A DNA stretch of 64,000 bases from Yuukianura sp. NJ FZ-2021. Taxonomy: Eukaryota. Within the stretch, counting starts at the first letter, position 1, and each line of letters starts with the position of its first letter. The DNA lies in contig CM102286.1 in assembly GCA_046563655.1 (NCBI GenBank), forward strand, positions 7,130,001 through 7,194,000. The letters run 5' to 3'. The position numbers and the translations under genes are program-made. The notes below the pieces were generated by a model. It saw nothing but the letters and a program-made list of their open reading frames with translations. It ran no database searches and was not told the origin of the DNA. This document shows positions 51,801-63,194 of the stretch, one piece after another.

Positions 51801-54800
51801 ATTCACTTGCTCTCCCACATTTCTCATCTGGAGGTCACGGAGGTCAACGAACAGTATCCTTATATACAGCAAGTCAAAGCGAATTTTTTTTCCCCAAACA
51901 TTCTTTCAATTTGCCAAAAAAATTAAGTATAGGATAACATTAACGACCTTTTTTTTTTATCTAACCGTATTAAAGCATATAATCTTCGCACCAAGAATGA
52001 CAACAAAATATTTGACGGTGTTTAGAACTAATTGTGTCCAAAACGAGTCAAACTAGTAAGTAAAATAAGCAGGGCATTCGAAATTAAAAGCAACAAAAAT
52101 TTCGAAAGTGTTAACTGAAAAATGTTTAGGTTGAAAAGCGTTTTCAGTCGATTTGAAACTTTTGTTGTTTCCAAAACTTTCTACTGGCCCATTCCTGTTT
52201 CCTGTTGGTAAAATTTTGAAAGCAGGTTTAGAGAAAATATTTGTGGTTGGGAGGGCAGGGCGCCAAGCGTATCCACTTTTCTACTTTTGTTTTGAAAAAC
52301 AATTCATATGAATACGAGTTCATAACTTTTCTTTTTATAAAAAAAATGCGTTTTTGTTGCAAGAACTGCTTTATAAAATTTGGTTTTATTGTAATGTGCT
52401 AAAACGCGTTGCAGAGAGACTTCCAATTCCATGGAAAATCTTGGGATAGCCGGAGTTGTACAATGATAAATGGGAGGTGAGGGCATACGGTAGGTTTTTG
52501 GGGCAAAAGCCACAGTCGTGAGATATACTTGTTACATTTCCCGAGTGCCGGAGTTCACAGGGTCATAAATATCGTGAAGCGTTTGAAATTGGAGGCATCT
52601 GGGAGTGAGGGTGCCGTTTGGCCTAATGCAGATGTTGGTTGGGGAGGGACGTGAGGAAATAAAGTAATTTGCGGCCAATTGCTTAAAGTATTTCTACACC
52701 CAAATAAAAAATATGGGAGCAGGAGAAAGTGGAATGTGGAAGATAGATTCAATCCAATGGATTTCGCTATTCCAAGTCCTGGTTCAAACCAAACCCATTT
52801 ATATGAATTACCGTTTAAGTCACAAGGAGACTCCGAGTTCTAGAAGACTTCGTAGTAGAGGTGTATCTAACAAGTATCTTGGGAAGTGGCATGCTCAAAT
52901 GGATTGTATCAAAGTTATAGGTCAATATTTTCAGATTTGCCAGAAGAAGGGCCACAAATCAATGGGAACCTGCACCAAGAATACGAAATCGGTGATGTAC
53001 TGGATTTAAATTGCACCTCAGCGCTTTCATTTCCACCGGCCAAACTCTCATGGTACATCAACGACCTACCGGTAATTGATCATTTGAATCTTCCTGCATG
53101 ATCATATTATACCTAAATTATACATTTTCATATTTCTTTCAGAAATTTTCAAAATAAGATTTTATTTCATCTTTATTCGAGAGTTTTTTTTTTCTTTTTG
53201 TTTTACTAAAACAACAATTCTATGGGTCCGACGAAGAAGGGCGTACCTCAAAACGCGATGACGACTTGCGTTGTCAAGAAAAAACGTAAACAAAATCTAA
53301 CGAGAGTCGGCAAAAAAAATTACCGAATTCATTTCCGAGAAATTTTTCGAAAGATTCATGTTATGATCTATGGGTGTCTGTCTGTGTGTCATTCTGTTTG
53401 GGTGAGCTGTGTTGTATGTTCGTCGGGCTGTTAAGAGTTATTATAATACCAAATCTATTATTATAACATTATTCTTGTCTGCCCGTCTGTCTGTCTGTCC
53501 GGATTAATTATCAGAAACAGGGTGGCCTTGGTTTAAAAGAAATGATCCAAACCATGGTTTAAACCACCATTTAAACAAGGCAGTTTTTATTCACATGAAC
53601 CAGGTTTAAACCAGCTTGAGTAAATGGGAAAAAGGGGACACTGAATTAACAGAAAATGCTTCCTTTTGAATGAAATTCATTTACTCCTTTGTACGAACTC
53701 GTTTATCTTTTCCCAAATTACGGTTCTAACACATTTTTCACATTGTTAACGTACTGTTGGAACTGAAATCAGTGGATGGAATTTCCACGGATTAAATAGT
53801 TCTAAAGTATAAACTCATCTTGCTGAGCAATATCGAGCTTTGTGGACGTGTTGGTTTAAACCGAGACAACCAAATAAACCATGGTTTAAAGCAAAAACCA
53901 AGTATTTTTGGTTTTTATTTAAAAGAAATAAAAAAAAACCAATGTTGTCCACTTCTTCGACATTTCGTCCACGGCTGGATATCCAGTGGAAGATATGGAT
54001 AAAAATAGATGAACCGAAAGCGGCGGAGCGTTGGCCGCGCGGTTTGAATTAATTAGATACAAAAATGTAAACAATTCAAATTACCGTGCAAGACGAAGGA
54101 AATAACGTTTTTGTATGAGTTTTAAATAAATAATTAAATTTAACGACGAAAGAAACACTTTTTGACAGTATTTTATAAATTTAAATTTGACTTTTTCTTT
54201 TGAATTTCGCGCTAAATTCTTAATTTCTTCTATTCAATAAAAGTTTCCATTTTGGGTGCATTTCTTCCAGTGGACATCCAATGTAAGTGGCAATTAAGCC
54301 ACTGGGCGTTAAAGCACACAGCTGGAAAAATCCAGAGAGACTACTCAAAAACTACTGGACGGATTTCGTTCCGGTTTTACTTATGATCATCTGATGACCC
54401 GGATTTGATCACAATTGACGGATTAAACGGAGGTTACTAGGTTACGTTGAGTTTGTGTTAGAAAACCGCCTTATTGCTGAACTATTATTATATTGTACGG
54501 TTAAATTCCTGTCTGTCTACGTCACGTTGATCTTTTAATATCATTGAATATGTTCGCAAATCTTGAGAAAATTTGAAGTTATGAGTCCGGTGACTGTGAA
54601 AAGTGATGTGCGAAAACTTCGACCTCACAGAAAACACTTGAGTTCTCTGAATCGAATTGACATTGACTCCTGAAATAAATGCCTTTTTCCCTACTATAGC
54701 CCTTACCTAGTTTTAGTGAGTCTGGATGTGTATTGTGACAAATTGGCTTCCATTAAATAATTTTCAGTTCTTTTCGCCAATGTCAATTGAAACTTTTCAA

Positions 54801-57800
54801 AGCAGTTGCAACAGTTTAATGAGGGTACGAAACTATTTCAGTAATTTCCCAATTTCGCGAATACTATGAAAAAAGAACTCTGCACTTTCGCTACTTTGTT
54901 AAATACGAAGTTTTTATGGGAAAAAAGTTAGTACTTGCACCATCGATACTTTGTTAAGGCGATTTCTGATGGCATTTTTCAAATCGAAATCGGCAGACAT
55001 TTTTGATTCCGAGTTTTGGCGAAATTTATTTACTTTTCTCGTCTCCAAGGGAAAAAAAATTTCAAAATCCGAGTTACGCCCTTCTTCGTTGGGACCCTAC
55101 AATTTTAGGTTGAGTTTTTCACATTTTGGAATGAGGGTGTCTCGTCAGTGGCGTTACAGTATTACCAGTGTTACTTTCTCTCAAATACTTCTGGGCTCCA
55201 GTTTAAATTTCATCTTCCATATTTCGATACCGAGGCGGATTGTAACACTCTCCAGTTTCCAGTGTTAATAAAAGGCCGGCAGATAAATCATTTTCACGGG
55301 GCGCGATGTTAGTAATTTAAGTCATTCCGCATTGTCCCATGTAACGCTACCACTATGACCCATGTAGGTAGGATAGCAAAACCGGGAAGTGCGAAAAAGC
55401 TATTTCTATGGAAATTGACTCAAGCCGACCCCAGTACTTCTCTGACTTCCATTTGAACCTGGAGGGTTTTGAAACAATTCAAAAAGTCAGAAGAAGTTGA
55501 GGATTTAAACAAAATTGAGTTATTAAATTGAAGCCTCTGATAAATTATTGCACTAAAACATAAAGCGATGTCTGTGCAGAGTAGTAGATTCTGTAGCCTT
55601 CCAGAAACCTTGAATTACTTTACCAGTTTCAAAATGGTGGGCGACAAAGCAGATTCAAATTCTATTAAACAGGTTTTTACAACCATGAACATTTTACAGA
55701 AAAGTGTGAACACTTTCGCAAAAAGAATCTTCCGTGCTAATGGTCTCCATTATGGCTCAACTCGGTTTTCTGTAATTGTATTACATTACTGGTAATAAGT
55801 TCACCTGCACTTCCTGCCATTTTGGTGAAACATTGTAATATAGTATATTAATCGCCTGTATATTTTTATATTTTATAAGCGACTAACATGAAAAAAAAGC
55901 TTCCTAACAGTTTCTTTCTTTATAATGTTACTAAAACTGTACAATTTTTAAAGTAAAAATGTTCCAAGCAGCTTAGCATTGTGCCTAAAAGTGGAGGCTA
56001 GAAATGTTTCTTTGTGGTTTCTACTTGTATTTTCTGAACCGCAGGCGAAAACATCTCACTTTCTCTACAACTTTCCCCTGATTACACCAACACTTCTGAA
56101 CCACTTCATTCTGATTACTTGTTTTCACCCTTTCTCTATTTAGTTGTAGCCTTCTAGCTAAAAGTATGTTTCAAAGAAATTAGTTAAGTCGAGGCCAAAC
56201 AGATACTTTTTATTTCGCACTTGTTCGCCCCAAGCAAAAAGCGAATGATACCGTCTCAAATTTAAGCAGCAAATACATTTTTACTGAAAGACTACTACTC
56301 CATATAAAAACACTTCAAAAATTGCATTTTTGTGCGCAACTTTTACATAGTTGTGAAGTTTGTCAGAACTAAGAGTTAAATTAAATATAAAAAGAAACAA
56401 ATGCTAATCATTATTTCACACTAACATATTTCACACATTACAATTTTATACAGCATTTTTAAGGTACACGGCAACAGTAACTTGAAATGCGGAAACTAAG
56501 ACTTTTGTTTCGGTAGGCATATAAACTTAAATGTGAAAATTGAATTAAAATTGAAACAGGCTGAAACGGAATGCACTGCACATATGAATTTTGTACCAGT
56601 AATAACACGCGTAATGCGGAACAAGCGTTTTTTCTTTTTTTTTTCAAAATTGCTGTCGGAGGGAACATTTAAATTGTTGGAGAAAGGAGAATTTGTGGTT
56701 TCTGGAATTTGGAATAGGGGAGCCTCGCGATATTGCGGGATGGTCTGAATAGAATTAAGCAAATTACAAAGTTGACTTTCTTCTTATTTCACCATGTTTA
56801 TTTTATTCTCAATTTGTATAAAAAGGTAGAAGTGCCCAAGACAGTCTTCACTGAGCTGGGAACCCTCAAATCCCCAACGGGAAGTACACTGACAGCGTCA
56901 ACGCTTCCACTTCGTCTCAGACTCGCTGCCCATCACGTCAGTCCTGGTGGAATTGCCAAAGTCAGTTGCGTTGCGAGGATCTTTACGCGTTTCTGGGATG
57001 ACGGAAATGAAGTTGCAGTGGGAAATGCCAAAAAATCAGCGGCAGTGCCCACTCCGGCGTCCACTAACAATCATCATCACCACCACCACACAAATCATAA
57101 TAGTAATAATAATTACAATAGCGACGGAGACTACATTGGCTGGATGGAGATCGCTGGAACGGCGACTAGAGCCTCAAGGAGGAATTATTATGACAGTAAC
57201 AACAAGTTGACACGGAATCCCTTCATCTCTAACTCGACGGCTGTTGTCACGGGTAAGAGAGCCCTTTGTTACTCACTACGGTGTCCTGTCACATCAACCG
57301 AGCTTCGACCATTAGGACTTGTCACTCTCACTCACTCTCTCCTTTCATCAACTTTCTCCCAAAATCCACGAGGAGTAGGACTCTCTTGGACGGATGGAAA
57401 GACGGACGTCGTACTTCCGTTTACTTAATTGTCTGATTTTCTGATTTGTTTTTCTAGCTTTGGTAGTAAAATTTTGACTCAATAGGTTGAAACGCCTAAA
57501 ATTCTGACAGTGCATGCACAGTGGGGAAAAAGCCTTCCTTTTGAGACAGAAAATGAAATTTAACTGCATGTAAACTCTTGTCTCAAAACTTCGATTTTTT
57601 TTACTGTGATTTTCTACCGAGAGATTCCGTCCATTTAAATATCTGTTCGTAGATAGAGAAGCTCTCGGCAATCCGTCCATAAGTGTCCGATGAAGTATCT
57701 GCACGACTTCCTCCTCCACCCGCGTCCTTTGTACTTCTCACTCCACAACTTTCTCCTCATCTTGATTTCACAACTTCATTGAATAATTATTAACAGACAG

Positions 57801-58077
57801 ACTTTCCTTTGGCAGGCTCTTAAAAACTTTCCCCAGTTTGTGTTAAAGTGCTAGAGTAGAGTAACTTTGATGAAGTAACTATGAAGTTGGTCTTTGTAGC
57901 ATAAACAAATCTTAAACACAATACATGCCGCTGATGAAACTTTATTACTGTTTCATTAATTAGCGGTTTCTTATAGTTTCAGTTCGTGGAGCTGCCGCTT
58001 GGAGAATTCCTTCAGTCAATATCATCATGCTGAGTTCTTGTATTTGCAAAACTTTTGTTACATCGCTCCATCAATGA
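42897..58077 (+). CDS. beat: Beaten path (Beat)-family two-Ig cell-surface protein, 6 exons
   Basis: Exons 42897-42936 (signal MKSLVLFLVFIGS), 44511-44716 (LECDYDLGNARLYAVKWYKDNEEFFRFVP), 44789-44925 (STGVYRCEISTEAPYF), 52936-53071 (LPEEGPQI...YEIGDVLDLNCTSALSFPPAKLSWYIND), 56826-57252 (KVSCVARI), 57983-58077 (hydrophobic tail). First and last exons are less certain. Confidence 0.87.
45337..45789 (+). repeat. 5' LTR
   Basis: TGTTGGCG...CGAACA; TATAAATA at 45593, Inr-like TCAGT at 45626, AATAAA at 45678. Confidence 0.97.
45793..45803 (+). promoter_or_regulatory. Primer-binding site, probably tRNA-Phe
   Basis: TGGTGCCGAAA, 3 nt after the LTR, is complementary to the 3' end of eukaryotic tRNA-Phe (...UUUCGGCACCA, from recall). 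Confidence 0.75.
45856..50982 (+). CDS. BEL/Pao Gag-Pol polyprotein, 1708 aa
   Basis: DUF1759-like gag (LPKLDLPTFSG...WPSFRDQF); three Cys/His knuckles; protease LLDPGA; RT ADITKMYRQ...FYVDD; RNase H LHGFSDASERAY; integrase HHCC plus GLDYAG/YSDCG/IWE; BEL-type C-terminus WKLARVINVHPGPDGLVRVV. Confidence 0.98.
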   Translation: MAEVLSLVLKRTAQKHKLAKILRDVSSTDSPPTQFELHKLLDQTEKIEGTVQSIQNEILTYMSNEDDLMPQLEASEQIDDMIVKIHGLINGELAKLDSNTQSGSTLTSAPSVVHPSSKVKLPKLDLPTFSGSYEDWPSFRDQFEASIVNNGSLSGCEKLQYLKSSLKDDALKIVSPFVITNANFQDAWDLCIERYNNTREIAFSLLRKLFNLSKLFQENATSLRNLVDTFDQCVRQLRNLNRNVDQWDDVLVFTIMEKLDPDTKREFAIQLSGTNVPTYKEVKDFLEQHIRGLQSISSASTKQPQKSVDRKKVHAVNTAKCVLCSEPHPLFKCGKFNAMTIAQRMDTAKAQHRCFNCLGLAHTPKNCHSKSRCRVCQKPHHTLLHINNEVVPFTNQVTNPNAHLTNPSTSVPTASCNHNSGYGVLLGTAEVYVMDATGAYQTCRVLLDPGAEVSFSTDRCCQRLGLSQTKSNVTINGVGATTVGKAKGKTMLQIKSKCNDFTLSVEALVLSQVTGQLPSFRCGDTWKEWTHLQNLTLADPRYIDPREVDILLGAEVTHRIFTGQTLSSRVDQPAACSSHFGWVVMGPVHTPPVQSYTAHCHTVSLDGAIQRLWELDHVPTRMQLTQEESDAENHFTTHHSRTQDGRYIVPLPFKPNISELGSSRSIALRRLHHTERRLDRLPQHKSEYVKFINDYLNLGHMEQVPPSEEGEQFKDGSIQTYYLPHHFVLKEDSTTTKLRVVFDGSCESNSGLSLNKCLMVGPTIQPDLFTHLIKFRLDPIVLKADITKMYRQFSVLESDSNFQRILWRPTPDQPIREYRLKTITYGTSSAPFGAIRALNQLAMDEGDHFPLARQAIIERFYVDDYLGGDSSVPKVVETYHQLTKLLARGQLSITKWTSNSPEVLQEIPSHLVEISTQSLAEGSSTKALGVQWTPNSDLLHFTGFRFDQTSVITKRTILSDIAKLFDPLGLLAPFVVSVKVFFQSLWTLGIGWDDNLPEDLVERWTHLGSSLSCLSDIAIPRCVIVPNYQRMELHGFSDASERAYCAVVYLRTFNNDLPTSRILTSKTKVAPVKAQSIPRLELCGALLLSKLISFLLSSLDPNCHVYCWTDSEITLRWISSSSRRWVPFVANRVSQIQELTPVESWHFIPGTLNPADCGTRGIPLNELVDNQLWWNGPDFLSEPQLPSFSSSQTVSSEHLKEERKVKVLTIQMSFPILNRYSSFLQLLRVIGSLLGFMLRAQQKSAPTARSVEFYRMATRKVIQLSQQEYFQEEIQSLTKKGKVSQSSSLLSLSPFLDSDGSLRVGGRLHLASLPEAAKHPLIIHGKSSVTKLLVQHYHHKHHHAGNRLLLSLLRQDYWIVHARDLIKSVISRCLRCKLLRQKTATQLMGTLPQPRVTMSPTFHHTGLDYAGPFTLQSVKGRGQKQFKGYFCIFICLSTKAVHVEFGTELSTESFLGTFKRFVSRRGNPLHLYSDCGTNFVGANNELMDLVNSHQFNSEVSSYFAESQTHWHFNPPSAPHHGGIWEAAVRSVKFHLKRIIGSTTLTLEEFATILCQAEAALNSRPLQPMSSDTSDLGVITPGHFLVGRPLLAAPQPDHADVKVNRLSRWQLQEKLFQTFWKVWSLEYLTSLQQRVKWTKKTNNLTIGDLVAIKDDNLPPLKWKLARVINVHPGPDGLVRVVTLRTALGELQRPIVKIVPLLSNDELSST
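51401..51853 (+). repeat. 3' LTR
   Basis: Direct repeat of 45337-45789. Confidence 0.97.
53220..54440. mobile_element. Cluster of degenerate non-autonomous elements (Helitron-like plus hAT-like MITE relic) in beat intron 4
   Basis: A^TCTATTATTATAA start (53454) followed by a (GTCT)n microsatellite; CAGGGTGGCC (53518) followed by repeated GGTTTAAACC motifs; aaaactactggacggattt (about 54348) and CTAG (54437). These resemble insect Helitron/hAT hallmarks, but no TSD or matching TIR was confirmed. Confidence 0.4.
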
Positions 58078-59788
58078 GATTAACTTAATAAAAACATTTT
58101 CTAATGGACATGTCTTGTTCCGCTCCAAATTCAAATGAACGCTTTAATCAGACAGAAAGTAGTATTTTCTCTTAATTTCTCAACAGCTAACTTTCTCTGG
58201 AAGAAATTGGAAAGAAAAATTTTGTTATACAGAGTTATGATTCTCCTGAAATTTTGCTTCGACGCACTAAAAAATTACAAGAAATAAGGTTTGCTTAGAC
58301 CATTTTTTGGGAGTTGTTACGTTAGGCTTGGAATCGGATGTTGTTTGTCGACTCAAAGGCTGGAAGGAAAGTATTGGCAAAATGTGTACCAACTTTTGCG
58401 AACTAACTACAGGTCGATTGGTGCGTTTGGCTTGTATGTGGTATAGGAATGACTTCCTGATCTAGATCACTTTAGCCTCTGTTCTTGCTCAAGAGGAAGT
58501 GTAATCAAGTGGACTGAGGTTCAAAAGAAAGTTCTGTGATCTCCCAAAGTGAACTCCTTTGCTTTCACCAGCATCACAATCTTCTGATCTCTCGTCTGCA
58601 ACAACCAAAAAACTATTGGATAAATAATTTCCCCTTTCATCATCCGCCCAAAAGGAGGGAAGAAGTCGACAAGCTAACTGGTAGAATCTGACTCAAAATA
58701 TTAAACAAACACTATGCCCTCGTGTTCTCGTCAGATCAAGGGAAAGCAAGGTAAGTTGACGAGGCGCTTTATAATATAGTGCGTATGAACTTTACTTTTT
58801 TGAATTTCAAAACATAAACTGTTTTAAACTTTTGTTGTTAAAGGTTTGGTAATATCCAATATCAGTTGCAACAGGAGCATGATTAGTGGTGCCGGCCGGT
58901 CTTGCTTAAACTGAATTTTTATTACTTAAAAAAGAACTTTTGAATATGTCTCCTGAACTGAAGAATCATCTTTTGAGTTTTTGGGCGTAGAAGGAACTAA
59001 TTGCAAGCAGTTTTCCAGAACAGGATTTGCAGAGCATCCAAACTGGTTAATTGCAATTAATATGCCAAATTACCTTTGCTAAGTAATTATGCCCCTCATA
59101 GTCATGCCACACATAGAAGATTCTGATACGCCAACACGAATTTATACGTAATTGAATAAATTGCGGAAAATTTTAGCACATTTAACTGGTTTGGAAGACA
59201 CACCTCCGTTTTGTCTCCATAAAAATCTGCAAAAATGAAGCATGTGGTCGTAAGCACCAAATCCACCAATTCCAATTCAATGTTTGACATTCATGAATCC
59301 AAAATGGTTGTCCTATCTCTTCTTGCAAACCGGAATAATTTAGACTTTAGGTTTTGAAAGTATGACTATTTTGACCTCTGACTCCAAAATTTGACTTAAG
59401 ATAAAAAAAAGGAGGAGAAGAAATATAAGAAAAAAGTGAAACAATCGTTAGTCTTTTATGCAAAGTTGAAGGGCAAATTATGTGTCATCGTAGGGGTACT
59501 TTGACTATAAATAGAACTTATCTTGTTTAAAAAACAAACTTTAAAAAAGATATACAGATATAGCTGGAATTCAAAATGCAAAGAAACGTAAGTTGTCCAA
59601 TGTCCATTCCCTTTTTTCAAGCGTAGCGTAAAAACTGGCCTCAACCCAATAATACTAAAAGCTCAACAAGTGATTCAGTGTCCATTCTTTAGTTCGCTAA
59701 TTAAAAATGCATTTAATTATCATTCTGCAAGTGTTCAACTGATTGTTTTTATATGTTCCAGAACAAATTCTGTGAACGTCACCGAAAG

Positions 59789-59796
59789 TATAAATA
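59789..59796 (+). promoter_or_regulatory. TATA box of MIOX
   Basis: TATAAATA about 120 bp upstream of the ATG at 59909. Confidence 0.55.
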
Positions 59797-59908
59797 CAAC
59801 CACTTCTGAGCTGGGTACTCAACAATTCCCTACCTCCACCTCCACTCTTACCACACTCAATCTCTACAGTGAAAGTAAGAAAACTTTCCACTTGAAAGAA
59901 ACGCAACG

Positions 59909-61981
59909 ATGAGGGACTTAGCGACTCAATTGCGTATGGTAAGATTGTTAAGCCTCCAATAAATTTGGTCCTTTGAAGGTATTGTTGAAGGAAAAAAAAA
60001 TTAGGAAAAAGGAGCCAAACTTTTGAAAAGTCATTCGAAAGAATTTGGCGTTGGAACAAAGTTCATCAATAAAGTTTAAGGGCTCCAAAAAATTCAATAA
60101 GAATCCTTCTCCCGTTTGATTTTTTATTCTGTTTGAACCTAACTTTCTTCTGTTTGGTTCTAAATGAGAAACTCACAAGTTAAGGACTTAAGAGTTCAAA
60201 GGAAATCCGTTGAAACATCACTAATTTCTTTTCAAAAATAAACAAAACGCTGAGAACTTTCCTTTTTTTAGTAATTTTTACGCGTGGGAGTTTATGCGGT
60301 AAAAGGAGATATTCGCAATTTGTTATTTTTTTAGGCAGAAGAGCGAGAAAAAATTTGGTTTCTCGATCCGTCAGAACTCCTGCGTCCTGAGTCAGCATTT
60401 GCAGCAAAGCCGATTTCTGCGTTCCGTGACTACAGCGTTGATGCACAAGATCCCATCAAAGAAAGAGTTCGTAAAACCTATTTGGAGATGCACACAAATC
60501 AAACTTTTGACTTTGTCCAGGACAGAATTAAATATTGGTCCACCTTTGATAAATTCAAGGTAAAATAAACATAAACTCGTTAGTTAACTGCCGGGACTTC
60601 TGCAAGTGCATTTTGATATTGACCTTTGACCTGACAGATGAACATCATGGATGCGCTGGACAAGTTGAATGACTTGGTTGACGAAAGTGATCCGGACGTT
60701 GACATTCCAAATATTGTCCATGCTTTTCAAACGGCTGAACGGATTCGGATGGACCATCCCACACTGGACTGGTTTCATCTGACTGGGCTCATTCATGATC
60801 TTGGAAAGGTTTTATCGTCTACTGAAATTTTCTAAAAGTTTTCTGATTTAGTTAACTATAATATAGAGCAAAATCTTTGATCTATCCACCTTTTCTTAGC
60901 AAATGAAATAAATTAATGTATTTTCTGTCTGAGAATTTTCTGAAAAACGGATTGAAATTACAGATAATGGCATTTTCGGGGGAACCACAATGGGCTACGG
61001 TCGGTGACACCTTTCCAGTTGGTTGTGCCTACGCTCCATCAATTGTATACCGTGAAACCAGTTTCCAAGAGAATCCAGATTTGCAAAACCCCAAATACAA
61101 GTAAGATTTCCAAAAAAGATTTGATGTTGTCTCCCAAAATTCAAAAATTAAGCCCACAAAAACATTGAGTGAAAGCAAAGTCGCACAACCTAGTGAGAAA
61201 CATATGAAATATAATGTATAGGTTGCGAGTGAAAGCGAGACTTTCACTCGCGCCCAATAGATAGAGCTAGAGCAGTAGCGTTGTGGTGGCAGGTTTCAAG
61301 CTTGTAATGTTTTGCAGCACAAAATACGGAATCTATGAACCGAATTGTGGATTGTCCAATGTGACGATGTCATGGGGTCATGATGAATACATGTACCGTG
61401 TTTTAGTACACAACAAAACAACTTTACCAGCACAAGGCCTCGCCATGATACGGTAATTTCCAATACACTCATACATTAGGTATTATAATTTGTATGTCAA
61501 TCAGTAGTACAGTAACAAGGAACAGTAAAGCTTAAAATTTCTTTACCAATGTAGGTTTCATTCCTTCTACCCTTGGCATTCTGGTAACGACTACAAACAT
61601 CTTTGCAATCAAAATGACCTCGACATGCTTCCCTGGGTTTTGGAGTTCAAGTAAGAAATTCTAAAGTGAAGAACAATAGAAAACAAACTACCATTCCAAA
61701 CCAGTTGCTTGCAGATTCTTTTATTTATTAATTTAAAAAACGCTTCAATGTGTAACTAGGTTTAGGTTCACACTAGGTTTAGGCATTTTGTTCTGGCAAG
61801 ATTTAACAAAATGATGGCAAAGTGCACACCAGTATGCTAAACTTTTCCATTTTTGGGTATTTTATTTTTTAGCAAATACGATTTGTACACCAAATCCATC
61901 GATATTCCAGATATTGAGTCTTTGAAGCCCTACTACCAAGGTCTTATTGACAAATACATCCCAGGGGAACTCGAGTGGTGA
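59909..61981 (+). CDS. MIOX: Myo-inositol oxygenase, 7 exons
   Basis: Exons 59909-59938, 60335-60559, 60638-60808, 60964-61100, 61318-61452, 61555-61650, about 61873-61981: [10 protein letters not shown]...FRDY...[14 protein letters not shown]...[10 protein letters not shown]...[49 protein letters not shown]. Confidence 0.96.
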
Positions 61982-62634
61982 ACACCGTTCGCACATTCGC
62001 AAAACTTATTTTCAATTTTGAAAAAACTTTACATTTTATTCCCTTCACTTTTCTAGTGTACACTGTACAGGGAGTATTTATTTTTAATTTGAAAAAAAAA
62101 CTGTGAGTCAAGCTTATGTATTTCAGGCTTACCAAAATATCTCCTAAAAACCCCCAAAATATTGGCAAAAAAAAATTTTTTTTTTAATTCGTCCAAATAT
62201 TAACTTACTTTAGTATTAAGGGCATGGGTAAATAAAGAAATATTAAAGTAATAAAAAAAACCGCAAATAATATTTTTTAACATTACGACCATGGAGCTAA
62301 AAATATGTGACATCTAATTCGACATTATTTATCAATATCACGACGAAAAAACTGCGAAAGTAATTAACTGTAATTATACAGAGGAGCATATAAGTTATGA
62401 TGCCACACGAAATGATTAAACCGTAGTTGACAAGATAAGGCTCTCAAGTGAACAGTTAACTTCTCCACTTCCAACTGAATGCTCAGTGTGTCAAGAACAT
62501 AAGTGGAGAATAGAACCAATTAAACGTTTTAAAAAATTGTCGAAAGTTGAATTTTTTTTACTACTGTAACACGTTTGAGGTGATATTTGGTTGTAATTTT
62601 TAGGAAATTTTAATCCGTTTTAGGCAAGTTTAAA

Positions 62635-63194
62635 ATGGCGGCGAGGACCAAGTACACTGGAGGTTGTCATTGTGGGAAAGTAAGATTTGAAGTATTTGCC
62701 GGAAGTAAAGTTGTTGTATACGATTGCAAGTAAGGATGAAATTATATTTTACGTATTTTGGATTGACACTTTTGGGTATATAAAACTCAATCAATATTGT
62801 TCAGTTGTTCAATTTGTACGAAGAAACAGAACAGACACTTCATTGTTCCAGCCCAAGATTTTAAGTTGCTTCAAGGTCATACGGATTTGACAACCTACAC
62901 TTTCGGAACACACCAAGCGAAGCATATGTTCTGTTCCAAATGCGGTGTACAAAGCTTCTACATACCGAGATCAAATCCAGAGGGTTATGGTGAGTTCATA
63001 ATGCTTCACTTTCACTACAATAAAGTAGTAAATGTCAAATGGCAAATACAATGGTTTACATTTTTATTAATACAGGAATTATGCCGCATTGCATTGATTC
63101 TCCACAACCGACAATATTCCAAATTGAAGAATTCGATGGGGAGAACTGGGAAGAGTCAATCGCAAAGCACCATAATCTGAAGCTTAGTGTTTAA
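62635..63194 (+). CDS. CENPV: Centromere protein V (GFA family), 3 exons
   Basis: MAARTKYTGGCHCGKVRFEV...DCN|CSICTKKQNRHFIVP...YTFGTHQAKHMFCSKCGVQSFYIPRSNPEGYG|IMPHCID...FDGENWE. Confidence 0.93.

Larger units (their letters stand above)
45337..51853 (+). mobile_element. Intact BEL/Pao LTR retrotransposon in beat intron 3
   Basis: 453-bp TG...CA LTRs at 45337-45789 and 51401-51853, identical by eye; 5-bp TSD GTATC (45332-45336, 51854-51858); PBS after the 5' LTR; purine-rich tract ending GGGGTGGCGGCA before the 3' LTR; single gag-pol ORF. Confidence 0.98.

Noticed and set aside
62635..63194. Horizontally acquired bacterial GFA gene
   Set aside because: It has spliceosomal introns and matches animal CENP-V motifs (KQNRHFIVP, GVQSFYIPRSNP), consistent with vertical inheritance.
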